Assembly (NCBI GenBank): GCA_016187465.1
Contig: JACPJQ010000005.1
Location: 163,183 to 227,182 of the forward strand
DNA length: 64,000 bases
Reading direction: 5' to 3'
Source: Candidatus Woesearchaeota archaeon
GTDB lineage: Archaea; Nanobdellota; Nanobdellia; Woesearchaeales; GW2011-AR4
In this document: positions 55,332 to 64,000 of the stretch, in pieces
Position numbering within the stretch: the first letter of the stretch is position 1
Layout: each line of letters starts with the position of its first letter
The notes under the pieces: generated by a model
Seen by the model: the letters and a program-made list of their open reading frames with translations, nothing else
Database searches by the model: none
Told to the model about the DNA's origin: nothing
Translations under genes and position numbers: made by a program

Positions 55332-55628
55332 ATGGGAATGTTTGATAGTGTAATAGCGGATTTTAAGTGCCCTTATTGCGAATATGGATTAACAAAAGAA
55401 GAGATTGAGAGCACAATTGAAGAAAAAGATGAAACTTGGCAGACTAAAGCTACGCTTAAACTGCTGGACATATACAAAATTGGAGACGAGCCAAAATTTG
55501 GAAAGGTAAAGATAAATGAAGGTTGGATGGAGATCCATCATGTTTGCCCAAAATGCAATAAGTTTGTACAAGCGGAAATAGAAATGAAAAATGGCAGATT
55601 AAGTAATAATTTTAGATACATAAAATAA
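55332..55628 (+). CDS. Zinc-ribbon hypothetical protein (98 aa)
   Basis: CPYC near the N-terminus and CPKC near the C-terminus. Confidence 0.55.
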   Translation: MGMFDSVIADFKCPYCEYGLTKEEIESTIEEKDETWQTKATLKLLDIYKIGDEPKFGKVKINEGWMEIHHVCPKCNKFVQAEIEMKNGRLSNNFRYIK

Positions 55629-55888
55629 GGCACGGCATAAATCAATCGAACATGTAAATATCAATTCTAAAATATTTTGTAAACAATAATCATATTAACC
55701 AATTACTCTTTTATACCAAAAAATATATATACCAATTAGTAAACTAATAAGTAAACACAAAGCTTAAATATCACTTCTATACAATTTGGAATATTAAATT
55801 AAAAAATATATACCAAAAAGTATAAATATGATAAATCGAAATGTTTTTATATTATAGGTATATATTCCGATTGGTATAGGGAGTTAGC

Positions 55889-57025
55889 TTGGCCAGAAAA
55901 GAGGCAGTCATTAGAAGAGGTTATTACCTTGATTTGCTAGATAAAAATACGAATTCTTTCAAGAAAGGCTCTGCAAAGCATATCGCTATTCTTGGCTCAA
56001 GGAAATCCGGCAAGACATCAATTGTTAGGGAGCATGTAAAAAATGTCAAAGACATAATTCCGGTTTATATTGACCTTGGGAAAATAAGCTTAAACCCAGA
56101 AAATTTTTCAGTTGAATTCATTGGCAATGTCATTTTCCATTTCCTGAAAAGGCCCTTAAAAGAATATAAAAATTTTTTATTGCTTGAGCATCTGCTTAAA
56201 ATTGAAATAAGCAAAAACGCTTCTTCTCTTATAAAAACTGTTGAGAATGAATTATTGAAAATCAAGCCTGACCAAAGATTGCTTGTTGAAAGCGCTTTCA
56301 GGTTTGCAGAAGAGTTGGGCAAGGAAAATAACAAAAGATTCCTTATTGTTCTGGACAATTTTGAGAATATTCTCGATTTAAACAACTTCTCGCAGATTAA
56401 AGATGTTATTTCAATTATCAATTTCGATGCTGAAAATGTAAGCTACATTGCAGCAAGCTCTGCCGTAAAGCAAATGCTTGCCTTGAAAAAATTTGAATGC
56501 TATGAAATAAAGAATCTTGACAAGAATGAAGCGGCAGAACTGGTAAGATCAATTATAGAAAAAGCCGAGCAAAAAACGATTGATGAAATATTCCTGTTAA
56601 GCAGCGGTAATCCGTTTGTCACAATATCAATATCCAAAAAATATAATGAAACTAAAGATGTTAAAAAAGCGTTTCTTATAGAGCTTCTGCAAAAAAATAA
56701 CTCAATCTATGATTATTGCAGTGATTCATTTAATTACTATTATAACAGGGCCCGGGGCCAGACTCTTCTCAAAACAATCCTGAAAGTTATTGCAAACAAA
56801 GAGCTAAGGCTGAGCGAGATTGCAAAGCGCATTTACAGAAGCGCTCCAGTTACAAAAAGCATTATTGAAAGGCTGATGGAAGTTGACATAATCTACAAGA
56901 AAGACAATAAGTTCTATTTCAGCGATAATACATTGCGCCTTTGGCTGAAATTAACTTCTCACGGTTACGAGTTTGATGAGCTTCCTGATGATAAAATACT
57001 TGATGAGGTTATAAAAGAATTATGA
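55889..57025 (+). CDS. Arch_ATPase/DUF234-type P-loop NTPase with C-terminal winged HTH
   Basis: 378 aa, TTG start after GGGAG. Walker A AILGSRKSGKTSIV, Walker B RFLIVLDNFENI. C-terminal LRLSEIAKRIYRSAPVTKSIIERLMEVDIIYKKDNKFYF. Confidence 0.82.
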   Translation: MARKEAVIRRGYYLDLLDKNTNSFKKGSAKHIAILGSRKSGKTSIVREHVKNVKDIIPVYIDLGKISLNPENFSVEFIGNVIFHFLKRPLKEYKNFLLLEHLLKIEISKNASSLIKTVENELLKIKPDQRLLVESAFRFAEELGKENNKRFLIVLDNFENILDLNNFSQIKDVISIINFDAENVSYIAASSAVKQMLALKKFECYEIKNLDKNEAAELVRSIIEKAEQKTIDEIFLLSSGNPFVTISISKKYNETKDVKKAFLIELLQKNNSIYDYCSDSFNYYYNRARGQTLLKTILKVIANKELRLSEIAKRIYRSAPVTKSIIERLMEVDIIYKKDNKFYFSDNTLRLWLKLTSHGYEFDELPDDKILDEVIKEL

Positions 57026-59598
57026 GCAAGAATAAGTTAACTTGGATTATTGTATTGTTTTTGATAAGTGTATTAACATTGCCAATAGCTTATGCGCAGG
57101 AATTTAAGGGGAGTAAATTATTTTTTGTCTTAATCAATGCAGCGATTATTTTTATTGTATTGTTTTTATTGCAGTCATTTTTAGTCCCTGGAAAAACCGA
57201 CAAGGAAAAGACTTCTGTCTGGGTGATAATGATACTTGCGTCCCTGCTGCTTGGATACTTCTTTGGGCAGAATGGATTCCTGTGGGAAGGGCCGTTAAAG
57301 TGGATATTCAACATTTTTGTATTGGTAAATTCAATGATAATAGCAGCAGTGTTGTATTTTGTGCTTGGATTGTTAAAAATACAGAATCTGCAGTCTACAG
57401 AAGGAAAAACTGGCTACGGCATTTTGATATTCTTATTTTCAGTGATGATTGCGATTAACATAGCCCCTGATAAGTTCATATGGAATGAAGAATTTGTAAG
57501 AAGCTCGTTTGCATTCTTGTTTTCACCAGAAAGAGGCATTCTAAATCCAAAGAGCGGACTGCTGGTTTTTGTAACCAGCTTTATTTTGATAGCTTTCTTC
57601 TTCAATCAATTCTTGTTGAAACAAGGAGACAAAAAACTGAATTACGCATTAGCTCTTGTATTCGCAGTTAATCTTGCAATGCCTCCTGTAAATCCAATTA
57701 AAGATGTGGTCCAAATGGGAGAAATTATATTTATCTTGATTGTATGGGAGACTCTAAAAACCACTGTTCCTCAAGACAAGCCATGGGCTGCTTTCCTGCT
57801 TTCAATTTTATTAGTAGGATGGGCATCAGCTGCGCTTACAATAAACACTCCGGAAAACAGGGGCGCTGTTGCACAAATGATATGCCACACTGGATTTGTC
57901 AACTGCAAAGAATTAGCTGGCACGGCTGCTGCAAACGGCGGGTTTTTGGGAATGTCAAAAATGACCTTGATATTGATACTTATCGCATTAGCTATCTTCT
58001 GGCCATTTGGGGGCGAAAAAGGCAAGAAATTAAGCGGATGGGGAATCGGCATAGGATTGGTTGGCTTGATTCTGCTTTACATGTGGAGTTCAGGAGTCGG
58101 AGTTATAGGAAAGATTGGATTGGGGATTGCGCTACTCGTAGCAATTATCGCAGCGATTTTGTATTTCATGGGCAGATGTGAAACCATAAAAAGAATTTTG
58201 ACTTTGGGCGTAGCTGGGGCTAAAGAAAGAATAAATGCCATAATTAAAAATGCTAAGTTTTTGAGAGAATCCCCTGAAGGCAGAGAACCACAAGTTTTCA
58301 GAGAAAATAGAATATTATTCCACATGCTTGCAAACTTTACAACAAGGTCAGAAATAACTTACAGGTATTGGGGTTTTGTTGAGCAGGCAAAAAGAGTAGG
58401 AACTCAAGTACTAAATAAAATGGGCGTATTCACATACGATCAAAAAACCCTTAGACAAGACATAATCAAAGCGAGGAGTGGTGGTGTTACAAGTCAAGGT
58501 GCACACTTAGACGGTTGGAATAAATTAAACATAGAAGTAGTTGATTTAGTAAATTCGTATTTTGAACTGACATTCTGGGTTTATGTATCTGCCTTGTTTA
58601 ACTTTAAGGATAAAACTGCTGGAAATTTTAAATCTGAAATTAATGAATACAATAGGAGTATATCAACGTCTGCCCTCAATATTGAACAAAAAATAGAAAC
58701 TTCAAGAACAAATTATAACCTAATGACTAATGCTTTTGGTGGACATCATGTGCTAAATGCTTACAAAGGTATAATATTGAATATGACTAATGTAACTGGT
58801 GACGTGCTTGAGCATTATCAAAAATTTGCAAGATCAAGTGCAGAATTTGAAGGTAATCCGCGAGGTAGGGATATTGGCTTTTATGGTCCAAGTTTCAAAG
58901 CAGAAGGTCGAAGAGACCCTCAAACTGGAATAATTTTGCCAATTCATGAAGTAAATCAGTTTGGAGAGTACATACAAGACATTACAGATCAAAGAGATAA
59001 ATTTGGTAATTTACCAGATCCTAGAGATTATAAAAAGCCAAGGAAAGTAAAGCCAGAAGACATTATAGATTATCCAGATTACACTACTCTTATGGCAAAT
59101 GTAGAGTTAGATTGGAAGGGTTTAGCAGAAGACATAAGATACGGGTTATGGCATCCAGAAAGTAGAACTTTTCAGATGTATAAACAAGCTTTGGGTAAAG
59201 CTATTTACCCTGAATGGGCTGATGAGCAAATACCCATCCTGGGACCAACTGGCAGGATAGAAAGTTCCCCAAGTACAGGAGATGAAGCATTTGATATGCG
59301 TGCTTTAGCAAATCCCGGCTTACACCCTTATTGGGGAAGAAAAACATTTGATGCAGAATCACCCCCAAGTAAAAATGATCCATTTCATAATCCATTCCCG
59401 GGAGTTTCCTCATTAGGTCTTGCGAAATATTTAGAAGAACGTGTAGGGCTTGATATGAAAGACAAGGCAAAAGCACAAGAGTTTATGAATAAATATCATA
59501 GAGATTCAGCAGCTCCAAAAAAGGTAACTGTTAAAGGGGAAGTAAAAGTAAAAATAGGCACTCGCCTAGGATTAACACAAAAAGAAACCCAAGGGTGA
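57022..59598 (+). CDS. 858-aa polytopic membrane protein with large C-terminal soluble domain, no recognisable family
   Basis: ATGA overlap with the NTPase gene. Signal-like MSKNKLTWIIVLFLISVLTLPIAYA/QEF, at least 10 hydrophobic segments up to about residue 420, then about 430 hydrophilic residues with no motif I recognise. Confidence 0.8.
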   Translation: MSKNKLTWIIVLFLISVLTLPIAYAQEFKGSKLFFVLINAAIIFIVLFLLQSFLVPGKTDKEKTSVWVIMILASLLLGYFFGQNGFLWEGPLKWIFNIFVLVNSMIIAAVLYFVLGLLKIQNLQSTEGKTGYGILIFLFSVMIAINIAPDKFIWNEEFVRSSFAFLFSPERGILNPKSGLLVFVTSFILIAFFFNQFLLKQGDKKLNYALALVFAVNLAMPPVNPIKDVVQMGEIIFILIVWETLKTTVPQDKPWAAFLLSILLVGWASAALTINTPENRGAVAQMICHTGFVNCKELAGTAAANGGFLGMSKMTLILILIALAIFWPFGGEKGKKLSGWGIGIGLVGLILLYMWSSGVGVIGKIGLGIALLVAIIAAILYFMGRCETIKRILTLGVAGAKERINAIIKNAKFLRESPEGREPQVFRENRILFHMLANFTTRSEITYRYWGFVEQAKRVGTQVLNKMGVFTYDQKTLRQDIIKARSGGVTSQGAHLDGWNKLNIEVVDLVNSYFELTFWVYVSALFNFKDKTAGNFKSEINEYNRSISTSALNIEQKIETSRTNYNLMTNAFGGHHVLNAYKGIILNMTNVTGDVLEHYQKFARSSAEFEGNPRGRDIGFYGPSFKAEGRRDPQTGIILPIHEVNQFGEYIQDITDQRDKFGNLPDPRDYKKPRKVKPEDIIDYPDYTTLMANVELDWKGLAEDIRYGLWHPESRTFQMYKQALGKAIYPEWADEQIPILGPTGRIESSPSTGDEAFDMRALANPGLHPYWGRKTFDAESPPSKNDPFHNPFPGVSSLGLAKYLEERVGLDMKDKAKAQEFMNKYHRDSAAPKKVTVKGEVKVKIGTRLGLTQKETQG

Positions 59599-61388
59599 AG
59601 AAAATAGCAGAACAAACTAATACAGTAACAGAAAAAAACCCTGAAAAGGGCACAGGGCAATTAAGCAAAATAGGTAGGGCATTAAATATTTTTAATATAA
59701 TTACTCCTCTTACAGATTCGATTGAGAGGATAGTTGAAATAAAAGAAAAATATCAAGTTATGCTATACGAACCTGAATTTTTATTCAAGTACAGAAAAGA
59801 TTTAGTAGTATTTTTAATTGCTTTTAGATTGTATAATGATTATAGGTTGTCAAAGCCAATAAAACTAGGTGAGGTCAAAAATAATATCGAAAAAATAAGA
59901 TTGTATGATATAGAATTAGCTGAAAATATTGAAAGGATATTTCCCCTTGTTGAAAAAGAAACTAGAATTTTTTCAGATTTGCTTGATGCTCTTAGAAATG
60001 GAAAGGAATATTTTGTTTCTTACATATCAACACACTTAACAGAATTAATTGCAAAAGCAAAATCGATTAATGACGAAAAATTATCAAAGCAATTTGTTAT
60101 TTTGTTTTCTTCAATAAGTGGTCATGAGGTTGAGTACCTAATAAGGTATAGAAATGATTGTGATAATTGGCCAAATTATGCTATAGCAAACAGTATAGAC
60201 TTTTTCATAAGAAGGGTTAATTTGTTCTTAAAAGGTGGATTAGATAATAACATACAATTTATGGGGTTATATAAAGACTTTGGAGATGTAGAATTAACAC
60301 AAAAAATACTAAGCGATAACGCAGTGAGAAACTTATGGCGTTATATTGAGCAAATGAGGTACATAAATACCTTAATTGGTTTATGTAAGGAATCAGAAGT
60401 GAGTGGAAAATGGGAAGGATTTTTCGGGAATGATGGATTCTGGGGCAGGGAAGGGGACGCAAAAGGAAAAAATTTTGATAATTATGCTGATGAATTCGGA
60501 AAAAAGTATGGAAATTCTGATTTTGCAGAATATTTAAAATTACAAAAATTACAAATTGGCGAAAACCCAGAAGCATGGGGTGGAGAATGGAAAGATAATG
60601 TTTTAGTAAAAGACGGAGTCTTACCACAATTATTGAGAAAACTTCAACATCCCTCATATCAAAGACAAAAGAGTATATTTCCAGCTTCTTTAGCGTTACA
60701 TAGGATTTTGAAAGAGAGAGAAGATGAACTAAAAGCAAAAAGAGACAAATTTGTAGATGGACTTATTAAGCTATTGCAAGAAGCAGAAGGCATTGGTATT
60801 GCGAGAGAAAAACTCATTAAAAAATTATCTAGGTTGTTAAAGAAGAAAAAGATAGTCTTGCTTAAAGAATTAAATAAAGATATGGCGGAATTTGTAAGCA
60901 AAATTAAACTCCAATTTGTTGATTATGCCACTCTTTCAGAAGAGCAAGACAAAATTCTCGACAAGATGACTGCTTATTATATAGGAAATGTAACAGGCAG
61001 GCTTGTTGCTGCTGCAAAAAAACAACTTGCTTATGAACAACAGCAACTTTCTACAGGTCAATTTTTAAGAAAAGGGGACATTCGCGGACTTGCATTCATA
61101 GATGTAGCTGATAAATTAGCTAAAGATTTAAAAGCTAAAAAACTACAATATGAAAGATTTGAGCATGTAAGCGATGAAGATTTTGCATATCTTCAAAACT
61201 CGATTTCAAAACTTAGAGGAATAGTAAAAGAAATCGGTGGCATTTATGATTATACGAGATTTAAACTTGGACAGAGGTATATAATAAAATTTGAAGATTT
61301 TGAAGTATTACAATTTGATTATAATAGGATAAAAAACATACATTTTGAATTCGGATATGTTAAGAAAATGATTGACAGATTAATTTAA
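59595..61388 (+). CDS. 597-aa soluble ORFan, predicted largely helical
   Basis: GTG start overlapping the upstream stop (GTGA). Lys/Glu/Leu-rich with no P-loop or metal motif seen. Confidence 0.75.
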   Translation: MKKIAEQTNTVTEKNPEKGTGQLSKIGRALNIFNIITPLTDSIERIVEIKEKYQVMLYEPEFLFKYRKDLVVFLIAFRLYNDYRLSKPIKLGEVKNNIEKIRLYDIELAENIERIFPLVEKETRIFSDLLDALRNGKEYFVSYISTHLTELIAKAKSINDEKLSKQFVILFSSISGHEVEYLIRYRNDCDNWPNYAIANSIDFFIRRVNLFLKGGLDNNIQFMGLYKDFGDVELTQKILSDNAVRNLWRYIEQMRYINTLIGLCKESEVSGKWEGFFGNDGFWGREGDAKGKNFDNYADEFGKKYGNSDFAEYLKLQKLQIGENPEAWGGEWKDNVLVKDGVLPQLLRKLQHPSYQRQKSIFPASLALHRILKEREDELKAKRDKFVDGLIKLLQEAEGIGIAREKLIKKLSRLLKKKKIVLLKELNKDMAEFVSKIKLQFVDYATLSEEQDKILDKMTAYYIGNVTGRLVAAAKKQLAYEQQQLSTGQFLRKGDIRGLAFIDVADKLAKDLKAKKLQYERFEHVSDEDFAYLQNSISKLRGIVKEIGGIYDYTRFKLGQRYIIKFEDFEVLQFDYNRIKNIHFEFGYVKKMIDRLI

Positions 61389-61404
61389 TTTGAGGTGAGA
61401 GGAG

Positions 61405-63669
61405 ATGGTTGAGCCAAATCAACAACAGCAAACTGAAGAACCTAAATTTCAATTGTTTAAGCCTTCAGAATGGCCTGGATTTGCATGGAATTGGTTTTGG
61501 AGACTTCCTGGCATAAGAAGATTTAGAGTTGGCAGAGCAAAAGTTGGTGAGAGATATCCACAAATATTGTATGATCTACGTAAAACATGGTTCCCAAAAA
61601 ATAAGTCTTGGTTTGAGACTAAGCTGGAAACAATTGAAGAATTTTGGAAGGTAATGGGAAACTTCTATGGAGATGGGAATGACGAAACTGATGAGTCTAG
61701 CTTACTTGGTAACCCAGATGGAATTGTAAGGTTTTATCAAGATTTGGGTGTCTACTCAGATATAGAGAGAGTTAGAATTGAAGCTAATTGGTTCCAAGTT
61801 GGAACTGGTTATGCGCTAGAAAATATTACAACGAATCTGCCCAACGACCCAAATTTTTGGGCTAGATTTGGATGGAACAAAAGAGAAAATATAATTGAAG
61901 TGATAAACAACCCTGAACGCTTAAAAAGTTTACTAATTGAAAGGGTAAGACTATCCCATGGAACTGTCCACCACGAAGGAAAAAAGGAATATGAAGAAGA
62001 ACTTTATTGTTTTGGATTTCCAAACGCCGAACAATTAGCAAATAGAATTAATAAGTATAATGATAACATGGAGAGAATAATGCTGGACCTAGGCATCGAC
62101 GCAGATTTAAGAGGTGCGAAAACTAGAGCAGCAGGTGTACTTCAGCATTTAATAAATAAAATTGCTGAAATAGAAAAGGAAACTTTCGTTTATCTATCTG
62201 GGGAAGAAGGGAAAAGTGGATTAAGTGGTAAAATTACCACATACCAACAAAAGTGGGAAGATTTGGTAAATAAGTTAAGTCCAGAATCTAAAAAAATTGG
62301 AGTTATAAGATTTTCACATACTTATAGAATAATAAAACAATATAATACATTAGAGATTGAGGAAAGGATAACAATAAGAAATAGGATAGTGATGGACGAA
62401 GAAGGAAACGCTATAAGAGAATCCACTAAAAAAAGAAAAGTGACGATGAAATTAAAACAGGATAAGGACATCTATAAAGAAGAAGAGGATGAATTAAACG
62501 AAAAGATTAAGGAATTAAAAAAAGATTTAAACCAAAATCGAATACCTATAGAACAGATAGAACGGTATAATTTAAGAATGAAGATGTATGAACAAAGGTT
62601 AGATGATATAAAGAATATAATCAATAAGGCTGATATAATACGCCAAACTATACCAAAAGTAAATCGAAATGATTTTTGGCAAAGATCTGAAGAATTAGGA
62701 TTTGGCTTAGACGAGAATGGTTATCCACTTGAAATAGATCCAAAGACTGGAGAAGTGTTAATTGATGGATGGTGGAGTGAAATAGCTCAAAATGAATGGC
62801 AACTTAAAACAATAGCAAGTAAGCCTGGAGGTTTAGAATATTTAAAAAAACATTTAGATGGTTTTGAAGCAAGAATCGGTGGGCCTCGTGGTAAACCAGA
62901 AGTTGAGATTGTAAACAATGGTTCAAGACTTATAAGGTATCTAAAAGATGAACGATTTTATGGATATGTAGATTTATTAGAATTGGGACATATAATTTTT
63001 AGTGACTGGGATTCTTTCAGAGATGATTTAAGGGATGGAAGATTCCATCCACACTCAAAAAGTGCAGGAGATTATGTAATAGAAGCTATGGGTAATTTTG
63101 ACGAACAACTTGGAGCGCCTTACTTTAAGGGTTGGTATTTAGCCAGGAGTAAAGGCATTGGTGGAATAAGAAGAAGGGGGGTTATACCTTTAGGTACTAC
63201 TGGTATATACGCAAACGTTGCAGATAAGAATGTGTTGACAAAGGCTAGACCCGACAAGGAATTCTTAGGTATAAATTTTAATAAAGTGCCTAAAGAAGAA
63301 AGAGCTATAACACGAAACTACAAAATGAGAATGCCAGATGGTAGTTTTATTGAAGGGGAAAGAAAACCAACTAAGTACAATCCAGCATTCGATAGACGTG
63401 CCGAAAATTTGGATTATGTGTACTGGGGAAGAATGTACTGGTATGAGTGGATTAGTGCTGTGGGCAGATGGTCAGAAAACCCATTTCCACACATAACAAC
63501 AAGAGGAATTGCATTATATATTGCGCATCTTGTAGCTACAGATGTCTGGAATTATAAAGACGCCGAAGATGCTTTAGAAGGTCATAAATTTGATTATGGC
63601 GTTAGAGGCCAAGGGGAGTATGGTTATGTGAACCCATTAAGCGGTAAAGGCATTTTACAAGAAAACTGA
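61405..63669 (+). CDS. 754-aa ORFan with Trp/Arg-rich N-terminus and central charged coiled-coil-like segment
   Basis: ATG preceded by GAGGTGAGAGGAG. N-terminal WPGFAWNWFWRLPGIRRFRVGR, central KEEEDELNEKIKELKKDLNQNRIPIEQIERYNLRMKMYEQRLDD. No recognisable catalytic motif. Confidence 0.78.
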   Translation: MVEPNQQQQTEEPKFQLFKPSEWPGFAWNWFWRLPGIRRFRVGRAKVGERYPQILYDLRKTWFPKNKSWFETKLETIEEFWKVMGNFYGDGNDETDESSLLGNPDGIVRFYQDLGVYSDIERVRIEANWFQVGTGYALENITTNLPNDPNFWARFGWNKRENIIEVINNPERLKSLLIERVRLSHGTVHHEGKKEYEEELYCFGFPNAEQLANRINKYNDNMERIMLDLGIDADLRGAKTRAAGVLQHLINKIAEIEKETFVYLSGEEGKSGLSGKITTYQQKWEDLVNKLSPESKKIGVIRFSHTYRIIKQYNTLEIEERITIRNRIVMDEEGNAIRESTKKRKVTMKLKQDKDIYKEEEDELNEKIKELKKDLNQNRIPIEQIERYNLRMKMYEQRLDDIKNIINKADIIRQTIPKVNRNDFWQRSEELGFGLDENGYPLEIDPKTGEVLIDGWWSEIAQNEWQLKTIASKPGGLEYLKKHLDGFEARIGGPRGKPEVEIVNNGSRLIRYLKDERFYGYVDLLELGHIIFSDWDSFRDDLRDGRFHPHSKSAGDYVIEAMGNFDEQLGAPYFKGWYLARSKGIGGIRRRGVIPLGTTGIYANVADKNVLTKARPDKEFLGINFNKVPKEERAITRNYKMRMPDGSFIEGERKPTKYNPAFDRRAENLDYVYWGRMYWYEWISAVGRWSENPFPHITTRGIALYIAHLVATDVWNYKDAEDALEGHKFDYGVRGQGEYGYVNPLSGKGILQEN

Positions 63670-63820
63670 TTTTTGCATTTGAAGATTACTCCCAAAAACC
63701 CCCACTCCCAACCCCTGCCCTTGCTGAAATGATAACATCCTAACTTTGATGTCTGGCATCATTAAACTTAAAGACAAGCGATAATTATTTAAAAAACGGT
63801 CATATTATTGCTAATTTATC

Positions 63821-64000
63821 ATGAAAGAAGAAGTAAGGAGATGGATGAAGCAGGCTCAGGAAGATTATGAAACTGCAAAATTTAATTTTGATGGAAAGAA
63901 ATATAAGTCCGCAGCTTTTTGGTGCCAACAATCTGCAGAAAAAGCGTTTAAAGCATTGCTAATAAAGAAAACAAATGAATTCCCTAGGATTCATGATTTG
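63821..64000 (+). CDS. HEPN-domain protein (N-terminal part; continues beyond the right edge)
   Basis: MKEEVRRWMKQAQEDYETAKFNFDGKKYKSAAFWCQQSAEKAFKALLIKK is the typical first two helices of HEPN proteins from HEPN/nucleotidyltransferase TA pairs. Confidence 0.65.
   Translation, partial: MKEEVRRWMKQAQEDYETAKFNFDGKKYKSAAFWCQQSAEKAFKALLIKKTNEFPRIHDL

Noticed and set aside
55630-55888. AT-rich repeat-containing region considered as a CRISPR array or leader
   Set aside because: The repeats are 8-10 nt, irregularly spaced and in both orientations. There are no 25-40-nt repeat/spacer units and no cas genes.
58300-63669. Apparent drop in GC content from the middle of the 858-aa gene onward, considered as a separate horizontally acquired block
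   Set aside because: I could not compute GC. The shift coincides with the change from TM segments (Gly/Ala/Leu codons) to hydrophilic Lys/Asn/Glu-rich sequence, so amino-acid composition may explain it. It is mentioned only as a caveat in the operon finding.

Overview
This is a low-GC archaeal chromosomal segment, probably from a small-genome DPANN-type lineage. That placement is an inference from the archaeal RFC large subunit, archaeal/eukaryal-type GlyRS, a tRNA with bulge-helix-bulge introns, TATA-like promoter elements, many secreted ORFans and many toxin-antitoxin (TA) pairs. Content from left to right: (1) 1-11.9 kb holds a cell-surface cluster of six secreted or membrane-anchored proteins, including a 1061-aa giant, two paralogous proteins with pilin-like anchors, and a secreted protein with a lytic-transglycosylase domain. 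(2) 12.5-23.5 kb holds housekeeping genes: a proposed two-intron tRNA-Cys next to cysS, valS, a rhodanese, RFC large subunit, an NSS transporter, a TerC-like DUF475 protein and glyS. (3) 23.5-27.8 kb is an accessory island with a clan-CD-like His/Cys protein, small ORFans, a restriction-modification gene remnant and a DUF2075 helicase/MazG pair. (4) 27.9-36.1 kb holds two class II (B12-dependent) ribonucleotide reductases with NrdR-box-like operators, plus cobO, an HNH protein, PCD and inserted TA cassettes. (5) 36-51 kb holds a GNAT, a hydrolase, an MFS transporter, base-excision repair genes (Ogg and a GNAT-EndoIII fusion), a DtxR-linked metal cluster (MCO, ZIP, NRAMP), and redox and peptidase genes. 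(6) 51-55.6 kb holds dense TA modules and a tandemly duplicated RHH plus membrane-protein module. (7) 55.9-63.7 kb holds a translationally coupled operon of an Arch_ATPase-type NTPase, an 858-aa polytopic membrane protein and two large ORFans; this is my best candidate for an undescribed system. I saw no rRNA, CRISPR array, transposase, integrase or reverse transcriptase. All family calls rest on motifs read by eye from the translations; no database search was possible.
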